This document shows positions 11,168 through 22,201 of a stretch of 32,000 bases of DNA, piece by piece; within the stretch, counting starts at the first letter, position 1, and each line of letters begins with the position of its first letter. Both the position numbers and the translations under genes were made by a program. The stretch lies in the NCBI RefSeq assembly GCF_000400465.1, contig NW_008806274.1, forward strand, positions 360,244 through 392,243, written 5' to 3'. The notes beneath the pieces are model-generated. The model was not told the origin of the DNA and searched no databases. It saw only the letters and a list, made by a program, of their open reading frames with translations. Origin of the DNA: Wallemia ichthyophaga EXF-994. Lineage: Eukaryota; Fungi; Basidiomycota.

Positions 11168-11249
11168 TGTCGATGGGGCGAATCGAACGCCCAACCTTAC
11201 GAATGCATTAGCTTCAGTCGTACGCTCTCGCCAATTGAGCTACATCGAC
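11168..11249 (-). tRNA. trnF-GAA: tRNA-Phe (GAA) with an 8-nt intron
   Basis: Minus strand reads GTCGATG-TA-GCTC-AATTGGCGA-GAGC-G-TACGA-CTGAAG[CTAATGCA]T-TCGTA-AGGTT-GGGCG-TTCGATT-CGCCC-CATCGAC-A. All four stems pair; A-box and B-box (GTTCGATTC) are present. Confidence 0.95.
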
Positions 11250-12188
11250 TTATATCAGCGTGCAGATCTTTGTAACATATAACCTTAACTGAGAGCAAGG
11301 CGCTGAGATTAAGTAAAGTAAAGAAAAAAAGAATTAGTAATGGACGCAGTTCAAACATGTATCGTCTCAACAAATAATCAAATATCATTATCATTAACTA
11401 AGTCTAAATGTATAAGAGTAAAAAGGAATCGTTTAAATCGTTTAGATTTTGGGGGTTTTCTCATGGTTCTCACTAAACCCATTGTTCTCCATGTTCCTGC
11501 GTCACGCCTGCTGTCCGACCTGGGCGGGGAGGACCACATCCTCATACGACTTATCTAACGCTCTGTCAATAAATAAAATTATCTTTATAAAGCGGGATCG
11601 GCTAATCTCATGTGCCGAGGCGAGCACTGGATCGCTATGTAATATTTAGCACATATGCATGTCAGCAGCTTATTTTCATTACAACAAAGCCTTTGTAATC
11701 CTACGACATCTCGATATACGCCTTTATACTTCTTGCAGTGGACCTTGAAGCAGGTATATTCATAGTAATGCTTAATCCACCAATTTCAAGCAATTGGGTG
11801 GGGTTCTTTTCATTGAAGGAGCCCCTCAATCGAATGTAATTTCTCAGGTTTATACCATGTTAACGTTGAGGCTATTTTGGCCATAAGGGTCTAGAGTAGT
11901 TTCAAGCCTTAACTTCCGCACGAAATCTCAATTAGTCCTAAATTCTTGGCCCAGCCTCCGCCAAAGGCTGAGATAATCCAAACATACTGTGACAATGGTC
12001 GAGAAACGCTATACTTTCAAATCAGAGTCACAGGAATGCATAACACCAACCTAGAAAGTATAGATGGTTTTGTTTCGCTTTGAAGATATTTGATTTTTAC
12101 TACTACTACTGCCATAGAGTGAACTTTAAGCGATATAATAATAAAGTGAATCATTCAATGGAACTTTCCTATTTAGCAAAGAAATCTA

Positions 12189-13078
12189 TTAAGCCTTTTG
12201 TACAAGATGGTCCTCAACAGGTGAATTCTGAGCGTCTCTGTAGGCTCGACCTTGTTCATAGCCCACACGCTGTGCAGCTTGATGAGGCATACTTATGTTT
12301 GGAATCAGTTTCGAAGCATCTTTACCAGATAGCTTGATAAGACCTTGTGATGGTTCTTGGCTAGCACCATTTGGAGCAGATGATGAGATGTTCAGGCGTT
12401 GGTTTAAGAAAGTTTCTTCTAACTCGTAACCTCTTTCGAGCTCTGTTGGTGCGAACAATGCGCCGTACGCGCTGGCTTCGTCGATTGCAGCTTGCGTTTG
12501 AGCCTCAAGCTCAGCTCTAAGGGCTGAGAATTGATTTGTTGCGTGGATATAAGCCAAAGAGAGTGACATATTCTGAGAGTTATGAAGGTTCATACAGAAC
12601 TTGATCGCACTAAGGGGGTGTTAGAGGGAACAAGTGTATATAAGAAGACGTACTCTTCGGGGTTTGGGTTGATAGTGAGTTGCTTAAGCGTAGTCCAACC
12701 ATTAAGAGTATGGATGATATTTTCATACCTATCTTCACCAACTTGCCAACCTTCAGTCAGACTTTGCGGCCTCAACGTTTCGAAAGGAAAGTCCTCATAG
12801 AATTGCCGTCTAATCTTGTCAACCGGGTAGACGATATTCGCAGGTCTCTTGTCTTGTCGCCAATTAGGAAGCTTTTTCTTGGAAGTGTTTCTGGAGCCAC
12901 TGACAAAAGGTTTGTCTTGTTTATGAATATCGTCCCTCTGTACCCTTGAGTGGATCGGTGGAAGCGAAGGAAGATTTCTGAGGACAGGGCCGAACCACGC
13001 AGGCTGTTGTTGTATATAATCGCCCTTTAGAAGCCTTGAAACGCTTGTGTGTACCTCAGTCTGTATCCTACGAGGCAT
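12189..13078 (-). CDS. RSM25: Mitochondrial ribosomal small-subunit protein mS23/Rsm25, about 281 aa
   Basis: Exons 13078-12654 and 12609-12189 (44-nt intron GTACGT..TAG). Motifs QPAWF..VL..P, IVYPVDKIRRQFYEDFPFETLRP, AY..ATNQFSALR, EA.AYGA.F. Confidence 0.88.
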
Positions 13079-13164
13079 TTATCCAATTTTTTAAGTCGTG
13101 AACGTTGACGCTGAAGATGATTTGGCTCTAACAACCATCTCAAATCGAAAACGCTGGACGTGAA

Positions 13165-16100
13165 ATGAGCATCTTTGGGAAATTAAAGCAACAGCATCAG
13201 AATTCTAACTCAAATGAGAAAGTAAGAAACTCATCTCTTCCTCAATCTGCGCGACCAAAGCAATCCCAGCAAGCTCAGCAGCAGCAACTCGGTACTTTAC
13301 AATCAAATCACGCTAGCCCACCTCCTAATGCCGGCATTGGAGGCAGAATTCCTGTGAGGCAAACCTCAAATCAATCTCAATCTCAACTACAACCTCCTTC
13401 TCAGCCTCAGTCGCGTATACCTTCACGATCCTACACGCCCAAATCTCACAACCCAGATCGTTACCCATGGATTACCGTGCCTATGAAAACTCTCACTCAA
13501 GCTCCTTCCCTCATTTACCCTCCTCCATTTCCTCGCTACGGTCACTCCGCTAACACGGTTGCTAATCAGCGTGGTCATATATACGTTTTCGGTGGCTTAG
13601 TTGCAGACTCTGCCATGAACGACCTTTGGATGCTCGAAACTGAGGGCGCTCACTATCCAAATGCTAATCCAATCAGAGCTCATTGGGTGCATACCAACGG
13701 CGAGCTTCCTCCACCAAGAGTTGGTCACAGAAGTATCATGTGGAATAATTGGTTTGTTGTTTGGGGTGGTGACACTTTAAACGCTGATCCAATTGGTGCC
13801 GCAAGCCCGTCTCAAGATAACAACTTGTACGCTTTCGACACTAATAATCGCTTTTGGCTGCGTGTTTCTATCACTGGTGGCTCCCCTGTTGGTCGTTACG
13901 GACACTCTATGGGCGTCATTGGCGACAAGCTATATATTCATGGTGGTCAAGTCAATGGGGACTTTTTCTCTGACATTGCTACTTTTAATCTCAACCAGCG
14001 TGAGTCTCAATTAGTTTGATCTACAATAGGCTAACTAATCTAGTCTCTATGCCTGGTCCTTGCTTTTGGGAGTTCCTTGAGCCTGCCAATGACCCACCAC
14101 CAAAGCGCACTGGTCATATCTCAGTCACATACCATGACAAAATCTATATGTGAGTTTAATACTATTAATCACGTACACACGTACATATCTAATTCTATTC
14201 AGCTTTGGTGGAACAGATGGTCAATATCACTACAATGATGTCTGGATGTTTGATAACTCAAACAGCCAGTGGTCGGAGCTCAGCTGCATAGGATACCACC
14301 CAGTTCCCAGAGAAGGTCATTCAGCCACAATAGTCAAGGACGTCATGTACATCTTTGGTGGTAGAGGTACCGATGGAAAAGATCTCGGGGATTTAGCTGG
14401 TTTTAACATCCCCAAAAGAAGATGGTTTGCATTCCAATCTATGGGTCCATCTCCTAATGGACGTTCTGGCCAAACAATGTCAACTTCAGGTGAATCTGTT
14501 TTTGTCTTTGGAGGCGAAGCTTTCAATGCACCTGAACCAGGCGCCACTAACGTTGGCGGCGATGATCCAAGTATTGTTCATGTTCTTAGACATCCACGCA
14601 TCAATTACCCCAAATCGGATGACAATGCTAATGGTGTATCGCGTACACCAACTCCAAAACTTTCTGAATCTCCTCAAATCCAACAGCAACAGTTACCCCA
14701 ACAAAATCAAAAATACACACATACCGCCAACAACAGTCTTCAATCCCAACAATCAAAGGATTCTCAATACGCTATAGTACCGTCACTTTACAATAACATT
14801 CCAAATAGCGACGGATTAGAAAAAGTGACATCACCTTTATCACCTACAGGCGTTACTAAAACATCTAATCAATCAATTCCAGCTATAGCAACCAGGAACA
14901 TACCCCAAAGACCACGAAGAGCCGATGATAACAATTTCGGTGTAACGAACATGTCTCCTGTCGTTGAATCACCTCGTTCTTCAACCAGACCAGGTAACTT
15001 GAAAGAGATTCGTAATCAAGTTTCTCTAGAAAAGATGCGTCAATCGCCGCACATGACATCACTAAACCAAATTGGAAAGCAGGAAGGACAGACAAGATCA
15101 TTAAGTCCTTCACATTCGTTGGAAAAACCACCACAAGATGCCTTCTACTATTCTGATGAAGTACGCAATTCCGCAACTGAGAAACAACCTACTAAGATTG
15201 ATCAACCTACATATGACGAGCTAAGAGAACTAAATGCGCTTAGAAAGCGCGATCAATGGATGAGGGTTGCGTTGGAAGCTGCGGTTAGAAACGGTTACAT
15301 CGTTCCACCTGGAGAGGATATCAATTTGGATAACCTTGGAGAGACAGAAGGTGACCAGCATGCTGCGGACAAGAAGAAGATTGTAGATGCTCTGATGCAC
15401 ATGAAGCAAGAGCTCTCCAAAGCACATGTGAGTTTCACTTGTTGAGCATTAATCAGCTCAAATTCTTTAGTCAACTATTAGCGCTCAAAGCTCGCAAATT
15501 AATTGTCGCCGAGAGGAGAGCGAACGAGCGCATATGACTATATTACATGAAGCCGCATTCCTAAAGGCAAAGTTACATGCTCATGAAAGTGGTAATGTCG
15601 GTGAATTGGAACAGTTAGACAAAGATAAGATGAAGTCCACAGAAACCAAGTTGATGGAAATATTATCTAAACACGGCGATCTTGAACGAAAGTACAACGA
15701 TCTCGAAAATCAACTCCAGTCATCTAAAGATGTAAATGAGCTGTACACGGATGATCTCAATAATGCGGTAAAGAGAGCAGATACCGCTGAAAGTTCTCAT
15801 TTGACAATAATGGAAGAGATGCATGAGCTACAAAGAAAATTGCATGTTGCTGAAACATCTCTTCGTGACCATCAAATGTCAAACTCTGCGTCTATTGCGA
15901 AGGCATGTCAAGTAGAAGAAGCACAAAAATCAAGGGATGAACATAGATCAACATTATCTTTGCTAAGAGAGGCTTTGGATTCAACGGAGGCTCGCTCAAA
16001 AGAGATAGAGAAACGTTATGAAGATTTAGTTGTTGAACTTAATGTCAGAGACAAGGCAATGAGAGAATTGCAGCTTGAGTCCGACACACACACACGAAAT

Positions 16101-17302
16101 CTTGATAACAAGAACAAAGAGCTTGAAGAAGCCAAAGCCAGTCTATTCAGTGTCAAAGAAGAGTCAGATAAGTACAAGGGTCTCGTAAACGAAGGATTGT
16201 CTCGTTTCCTTGGCTCTTCGAGTGAATCTAGAGATCTTGATACGGATGCTTCATCAGACAAGAGACAATCGACCATGTTTATTCCACATGACAAGTACCT
16301 TGCTATGGAACAAGAGTCTGGTGTTTTGAGAAGCTTATTGGAAGCTGCAGGAGCCAAGGTTGATGAAACACACGGTGAACTGGCATTACAGAATAAAAAA
16401 TGCTTAGAATTGCAAGGTCAATTGAGAGAAGTGTCATCTCAGGTATCAGCACTCCACGTACAGCTTAACGCTAAGCTACATGACCACAATGAAACGTACA
16501 ACTCAAGCAAGATTCTGCGGGAGGAGTTGGAATCAAAGGAGCGACTCCTTTCCGAGACACAAATTGAATTGAGTGTACTAAAGTCATACGTGGAAGAAGA
16601 CGATGGCAAGAAGGATGAGGAAGTGAATGAAAAAAACGAAAGGCAACTCGCTCTGAATCAGGAACTTGAAAAGAAGCATCAGAAGCTCCTGGAAGAGAAA
16701 AATAAACTAGAGAGCAAGATTGAAGAGATGACAGCTCTAGTGAATGATCTTAAACTTGTAAAGGAAAGAAGTGTCTCTGAAGATGACCATTCGGAAGCTA
16801 AAGCAAGAATCGAAACTCTGGAGAAGGATTACAGACAAGCTGTTGACTATGTTAAAGTATGTTAACGTGTTAAAGCTAACAGTATCTAACAATACGACAG
16901 GGGACCGAGAAATTTGTCTACCGACTCAAGCAAGAACTCATCAAAGCAAGAGAGAGCAACCAACAATTAGAAAGAGAAATAAAGAGAGGCTCTACTGACT
17001 CATTAAGGAGAGATTATTCGACATTGAAAGATGATCTCGAAAGACAAAGAAGAGAAGCAAATGATAAAGTAAAGGATTTGGAAGCTGTTATCAAGGATAG
17101 AGAGGGCATGATTGAAGCGCATCAGAGGGAGATAAAGAGAGTGTCAATGGCATCAAAGAATCAAAATGCTTCAAAGCTTCTAAAAGAGAACAAAGAGCTG
17201 ATTGAGAAGAACGAAAGTCTAAGCCAGCGTGTACAAACGCTACTAGATACGATCCCAGATAATTATGAAGATGAAGACTTATTAAAGTCTTATAACAACT
17301 AA
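13165..17302 (+). CDS. KEL1: Kelch-repeat plus long coiled-coil polarity protein, Kel1/Tea1 family, about 1317 aa
   Basis: Exons 13165-13999, 14044-14149, 14203-15427, 15471-16856 and 16901-17302 join in frame. Kelch repeats PPFPRYGHS, PPPRVGH, PVGRYGH, PPKRTGH, PVPREGH; then EAAFLKAKL and a coiled coil ending DYRQAVDYVKGTEK. Confidence 0.88.
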
Positions 17303-17358
17303 GTGTATATTTCCAATTTCATATAAATTGTAATATTTTGACTTCTTTAACTTTGACA

Positions 17359-18644
17359 ATGGCTACGACGTCGGAATTTACGAGCAAATCGTTCTCAGTC
17401 GCGAACAAAAACCTTAAGCTGAATAGCAAGGATGATATAGATCCAATCCTTAAAGATCTCAATAAGCAGCTCGATGTCGAGGACGTGCATTTCAGCGGAA
17501 ACACTATTGGTGTCGAAGCGGCACTTGCTCTATCTGAAACGTTGAAAAAGTTAAAATCATTGAGGGTGTGTAGTCTAGCTATAGCTCCAGGATAAGCTCA
17601 CAGTGAAGTGAATAGATTGCTGACTTGAGTGATATCTTCACCGGTAGACTGATCACAGAAATACCTCAAGCTTTGAAAAGCATTTGTGACAGCCTTTTAG
17701 ATTGTCCAGCTCTTGAAGAAGTCAACTTGTCTGATAACGCTTTTGGTGGTAGATCTGCAGAACCAATGGTAAATTTACTTTCAAGTCACCCCAGCTTGCA
17801 AGTATTGAAGCTTAATAACAACGGTTTGGGTATTGAAGGTGGTAAAATCGTTTCTGGTGCTCTCAAAACCCTCGCCTCTCACCCGCAAGGGTCTAAATTG
17901 AGAGTTGTGATTTGTGGTAGAAACAGATTAGAGAATGGCAGCTCTGATAGCTGGGCAGAGGCGTACTCGCTCCACCAGAATACGTTACAAGTTGTGAAGA
18001 TGCCTCAGAATGGTATCAGACCTGAAGGTATCACCGCCATTCTTACTGGCTTAACAAGCTGTGCTGGATTAAAAGAGTTAGACTTACAAGACAACACAAT
18101 GACCAAAAACGGTTCTATTGCATTCTCAAACGCTATCAAGAGCTGGAGTGGGTTGGAAGTGATTAACATCAGCGACTGTCTTACTGGTGGACGTGGTGGT
18201 ATCGAGATTGCAAGGACATTGGCCGCAGGTGTATTGAAGGAATTGAAAACACTCAGACTTCAATTTAACGAATGGGATGAACGCGCTCTCACACCGCTTT
18301 CAAAGTATGTCAGCGACTATGGTCACAAGCTCACTACCCTTGAAATCAACGGAAACAGAGCTGATCCTGATGAAGATGTTATTGAAAGCATTAGAGAAGC
18401 CCTCTCGAAGCACGATCACGGCGATGCCCTCGATGAATTAGATGAGATGGAGGAGTACGAGGAAGATGATCTTGAAGAGGAAAGCGAAGGCGAGGATTCT
18501 GACGTTGAAGAAGCGGATGACGCTGTGGATGGAAAGGTAAAAGATGATAAGAAAGCAGCAGACAATACCACCGCTACATCAACACAAAAGGAAAATGATC
18601 TCGATGATCTCACTGATCAACTTGCAGGAACTAAGATAAAGTGA
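17359..18644 (+). CDS. RNA1: Ran GTPase-activating protein (LRR repeats plus acidic tail), about 411 aa
   Basis: Exons 17359-17565 and 17616-18644. Motifs SGNTIGVEAA, DLSDIFTGRL, LSDNAFG, CGRNRLENGS, MPQNGIRPEG, DLQDNT and an Asp/Glu-rich C-terminus. Confidence 0.95.
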
Positions 18645-18782
18645 TCTGTTAATTGCATATTTTATATATCCAGAATCTATTTTAGTACAAAGGCGTGAAA
18701 TGCGTGTCTAGATGGAAAGTGTTTATTAAATCAGGAACAGTAAAGTGAAGATTAAAAATTCATCTATATAATTGAGTTCATT

Positions 18783-20729
18783 TTAGTGAGCAATCATACC
18801 GGCATCGGCTTTTTGTCCACCTTTAGTGAAAATTGATGTTAAAACCAAACTGAGGAATGCAAAACCTGAGCATAAGAACAGTGCAGCTTGGTATCCTTTC
18901 ATGGTACCTTCTGTTGTGTATCTGATGTCTTTAGGTTGAAGATCTTTGACCTTTTGATTTGTAATCGACGTCAACGACAACCCGACACTTGAGCCAATTT
19001 GAAATGCTGTGTTGATGAGGCCGCCGGCCAGCGACTTTGCTTGTGGAGGTACACTGGCAACTAAGGAAATTGTACCAATATTGTGGGCGTAGCTTGTACC
19101 TATCAAATGCGTTAAAAGCGATTCTTCCAATCCACAACACTTACCGATAATGCCAACAATTGCAGTAGGTAAGACATATGCCCAAAAGCTACCTCCGACT
19201 GGGGTGAAGGCTGCCGGATATGGTGCTGCGACCAAGCACATGTATCCCAGAATTAGAACAGGCTTGATAGGGAACCTCTCTACGATCGGACCAACAGTCA
19301 GACTGAAAATAATACCCACTGCTCCCATAGGTACAAAAGAAATACCTGTGATAAGGGGGCTGAGACCGACAACCTCCTGTGCAACGAGCGTTTGATAGTA
19401 AATCTGAGACGCCCATGCGCAATAGAGGAAGAAACCAGCAGCAAAGATACCGGCAAATGAAGGCTGTTTCCATAAGTATGGCGGGAGTATGGGTGATGAT
19501 ACCTTCTTCTCAACAAAGTGAAAAGCGCCAAGCAATACGAATGCTAGTATCAGCGGGACGATGATCATTGGAGTTTTCCAGCCGCTGGATTCTGACTGAG
19601 TTAAGGCAAAGACGAGTAAAACCATGGCGGATGTACCGGTGAATGATCCTATAATGTCCAACTTTGGACGTTGATCCTTGTGTATAACGTCTTTGGGGAA
19701 GAAAAAGAAACCACCAATAGCTATGGACACGAGAACTGGTGTGAGAATGTAGAAAAGATACCGCCAGCCGATAGTACCACTCAGTAAACCAGATAAAACC
19801 AGTCCAACGACGAAACCAACAGCACCAGAAGCACCAAAGAGTGCCATTGCTTTTGATCTTTGCTTACCGACAAAGTAATTGGTAAGAACGCCAATAGCGG
19901 AAGGAACGCTGCTTGCTGCACCAATACCTTGCAATGCTCTGAAAATTATAGCTTGAATGCCTGTTTTGGAAACACCGACAGCGACAGTGAAGATAGACAT
20001 CCAAAGCATACCGGCAACAAAGACCTTGCGACGACCGTATCTGTCTGCACACATACCAGCAAGTAGTAAGAAACCACCGAAGGTTAATGTGTAAGCAGCA
20101 ACCAGCCAAGTCATCTTTGACTCTTCTATGCCTAGATCGGAAGCCATCATAGGCAAAGCTAGGTTAACGCTAGTAACCCATTGGTTGTCAAAAAATTGTG
20201 CTGCGCAACAAGTCATTATTATGGCTACGCCTCGAGGTGAAGTGAGTGAGTTTTCTGGTTTTGAATGATCTGATTCTTCATCAAGAGAGGAGAATGTAGG
20301 CTTTCTTGAAAGAGATTGAGGTGTGTCAGCGCCCTCTTTGTAAGATTTAGAGTCTGTCTCGACTACAGTGTCCTTATCGGAAGAATCTCTCTCGGTGTCT
20401 GAGCTATCAGCTTCCTCTTTTATAGCCGGTTCGTGATGTGTGTTCATAGGGAAAATTGTAAGATTATCGATAGATTTTTCCTCTAAAGCAGCATTGGTTG
20501 TGTGGCTCCATCTCCTACTGCCGGTGGCTGTGGCGGAGGGAGTTACGGAGAAGGGCAGATTGCCTGTGCGGACACTTGATCGACGCCGGACTTTACTAGG
20601 GAGGTCTAGATTGTGCGGATGCGAATGTAAAATGTCATTGTCGTTGAACTCATCTTCCTCTTCAAACACGGCGGACGAATGTGGATCTGAATCATGTAAA
20701 TTTTGCTGTTTGTGAATTGAATCTGACAT
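18783..20729 (-). CDS. MFS transporter, DHA2-like (about 14 TM), with a long hydrophilic N-terminus, about 633 aa
   Basis: Exons 20729-19145 and 19099-18783. MFS motif A (GMCADRYGRRKVF), FRALQGIGAA, WRYLF, LAGGLINTAFQIG. Substrate cannot be inferred from the sequence. Confidence 0.9.
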   Translation of the reverse strand: MSDSIHKQQNLHDSDPHSSAVFEEEDEFNDNDILHSHPHNLDLPSKVRRRSSVRTGNLPFSVTPSATATGSRRWSHTTNAALEEKSIDNLTIFPMNTHHEPAIKEEADSSDTERDSSDKDTVVETDSKSYKEGADTPQSLSRKPTFSSLDEESDHSKPENSLTSPRGVAIIMTCCAAQFFDNQWVTSVNLALPMMASDLGIEESKMTWLVAAYTLTFGGFLLLAGMCADRYGRRKVFVAGMLWMSIFTVAVGVSKTGIQAIIFRALQGIGAASSVPSAIGVLTNYFVGKQRSKAMALFGASGAVGFVVGLVLSGLLSGTIGWRYLFYILTPVLVSIAIGGFFFFPKDVIHKDQRPKLDIIGSFTGTSAMVLLVFALTQSESSGWKTPMIIVPLILAFVLLGAFHFVEKKVSSPILPPYLWKQPSFAGIFAAGFFLYCAWASQIYYQTLVAQEVVGLSPLITGISFVPMGAVGIIFSLTVGPIVERFPIKPVLILGYMCLVAAPYPAAFTPVGGSFWAYVLPTAIVGIIGKCCGLEESLLTHLIGTSYAHNIGTISLVASVPPQAKSLAGGLINTAFQIGSSVGLSLTSITNQKVKDLQPKDIRYTTEGTMKGYQAALFLCSGFAFLSLVLTSIFTKGGQKADAGMIAH

Positions 20730-20955
20730 ATTACAGTGTATAGTTTGAGTTATAGATTGTTATTAATTTATGCGTCTTAAAACACAAAATTGAAAAATTT
20801 GAGAGTCTCGGTGAAATAGCGGCACAAACGTCATCGTAGATAAAGAATTTTGAGTTATTTCAATTGCTTTGATAATCGGGATGCTAATGGGAAGAAACTT
20901 TATAGCAATTATACTCTCACACTTGCACCGTCATCAACTTGGAGCATTCCGATTT

Positions 20956-22129
20956 ATGTGGCCAGCAATTTTAATAACATTCGTAATATCTATATCACTT
21001 AATCTGACAGCATCTACTTCACCTTATTCTTTTATTTCTCATCTTCCTTCCTACAGCGTTCAATTCGCAAGGAGAACGTTTGTCACCCCAGACGAGGCCA
21101 ATCAGATATTAAAAGCTGGTGAAATAAACTTAGATACCTACGCATTAGACGTTAGTCAGCCATTAAAGATAGCTGATGTCGCTTTGAGAGAGCCGGTAAT
21201 ACCAGTGGGTAGACTGGTGTGGTGACTTCATTTGGCTAAATGCAACTCAGCTCAACCCCTTCGAACATTCAACCCCTCATCGCTTTCAATTATACCCTGA
21301 CTACAGCTTCATTTGCGTCGTTCCTTCTGATAAAGAATCGGAGCCGGCTGCCACACCTGAAAGTCATACAGTTAGCGTGCAAGACGTTTGTAGGATTTTA
21401 GATACCATTAGGGAGGAGTGTACATTGTTCACTTCAGGAAAATGGTACGTTGTTGTTGTTTTACGCTTACTATATCTAATAATTCCTCTCAGGTGGACAT
21501 ATAGAGTCTGCTTCAATGGCGCTATAAAGCAATTCCACGCCAATCGTACGCCATTGTTTTCAGATGATCGTAAAGAATTGAGTTGGAAGGTGGAATTCGA
21601 TGACAAGGTGCCTTCTTACATCCTTGGACGTTCTCCGGTTCAAGCGTCCACAAATGCAGACGTGACTAAAGATATAACCAAGGTAGACAAGACACCTGCA
21701 AATCCAACATTGAAGATATTAGGTGATGGTTTTCAGAAGTATGCGGTTGAGGAATGGGGCAATGGTACATTTTGCGATAAGACTGGTGAGCCGAGAAGTA
21801 CAGCAGTTGAGTACTATTGCGCTCCAGGTGTTTTAAATCCAAGGATAATCTCAATACATGAAGTAACAACGTGTAACTATGTCGTTCAAGTGGAATCAGG
21901 TCAATTATGTGAATTAATTTCATTCAATCATATGAATCTTAAAGGGAAAGTCAAGGAGATTGAATGTATACCAATTCTAGAGCATGGTAGCATATGGCCT
22001 GATTTACTTGTCGAAGATGAGGAGTTTATTGTAGGTGATCAAGTAGAGGTACCTGATCATAGCAAAAGCTTAGACACACGAAGTAAAGAGGATCTCATTG
22101 AATTAATTGCACATTCACAAATCATATAA
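20956..22129 (+). CDS. YOS9: Yos9/OS-9-like ER lectin (signal peptide plus MRH domain), about 359 aa
   Basis: Exons 20956-21204, 21251-21444 and 21493-22129. Signal peptide MWPAILITFVISISLNLTA; C..FTSGKWWTYRVC...IKQFH; EEWGNGTFCDKTGEPRST.VEYYC; IHEVTTCNY..V....LC. Confidence 0.8.
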
Positions 22130-22201
22130 AAATAGCAGGATATTATTGTTGTAATATCTATATAAAAACGTACAAAAAAAAAAACAGAGTATCAAGAAGG
22201 A

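Noticed and set aside
11510-11537. Plus-strand GTCCGACCTG and GGAGGACCAC resembling 5S rRNA pieces
   Set aside because: The spacing is far too short for 5S rRNA and there is no terminal helix.
11609-11628. Minus-strand GTGCTCGCCTCGGCACAT resembling the U6 5' stem
   Set aside because: No correctly spaced ACAGAGA/AGC catalytic core or internal stem-loop follows.
12009-12030. CTATACTTTC resembling the U3 snoRNA 5' end
   Set aside because: The following box A (GGATCATTTCT) is absent on both strands.
12098-12110. (TAC)4 microsatellite; also poly-Gln stretches in the CCCH and kelch genes
   Set aside because: Short, ordinary low-complexity sequence.
10132-12188. Telomerase RNA or box C/D snoRNA array in the gap
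   Set aside because: No TAACCCTAA-type template on either strand. TGATGA and CTGA boxes occur but without recognisable rRNA antisense guides or terminal stems.
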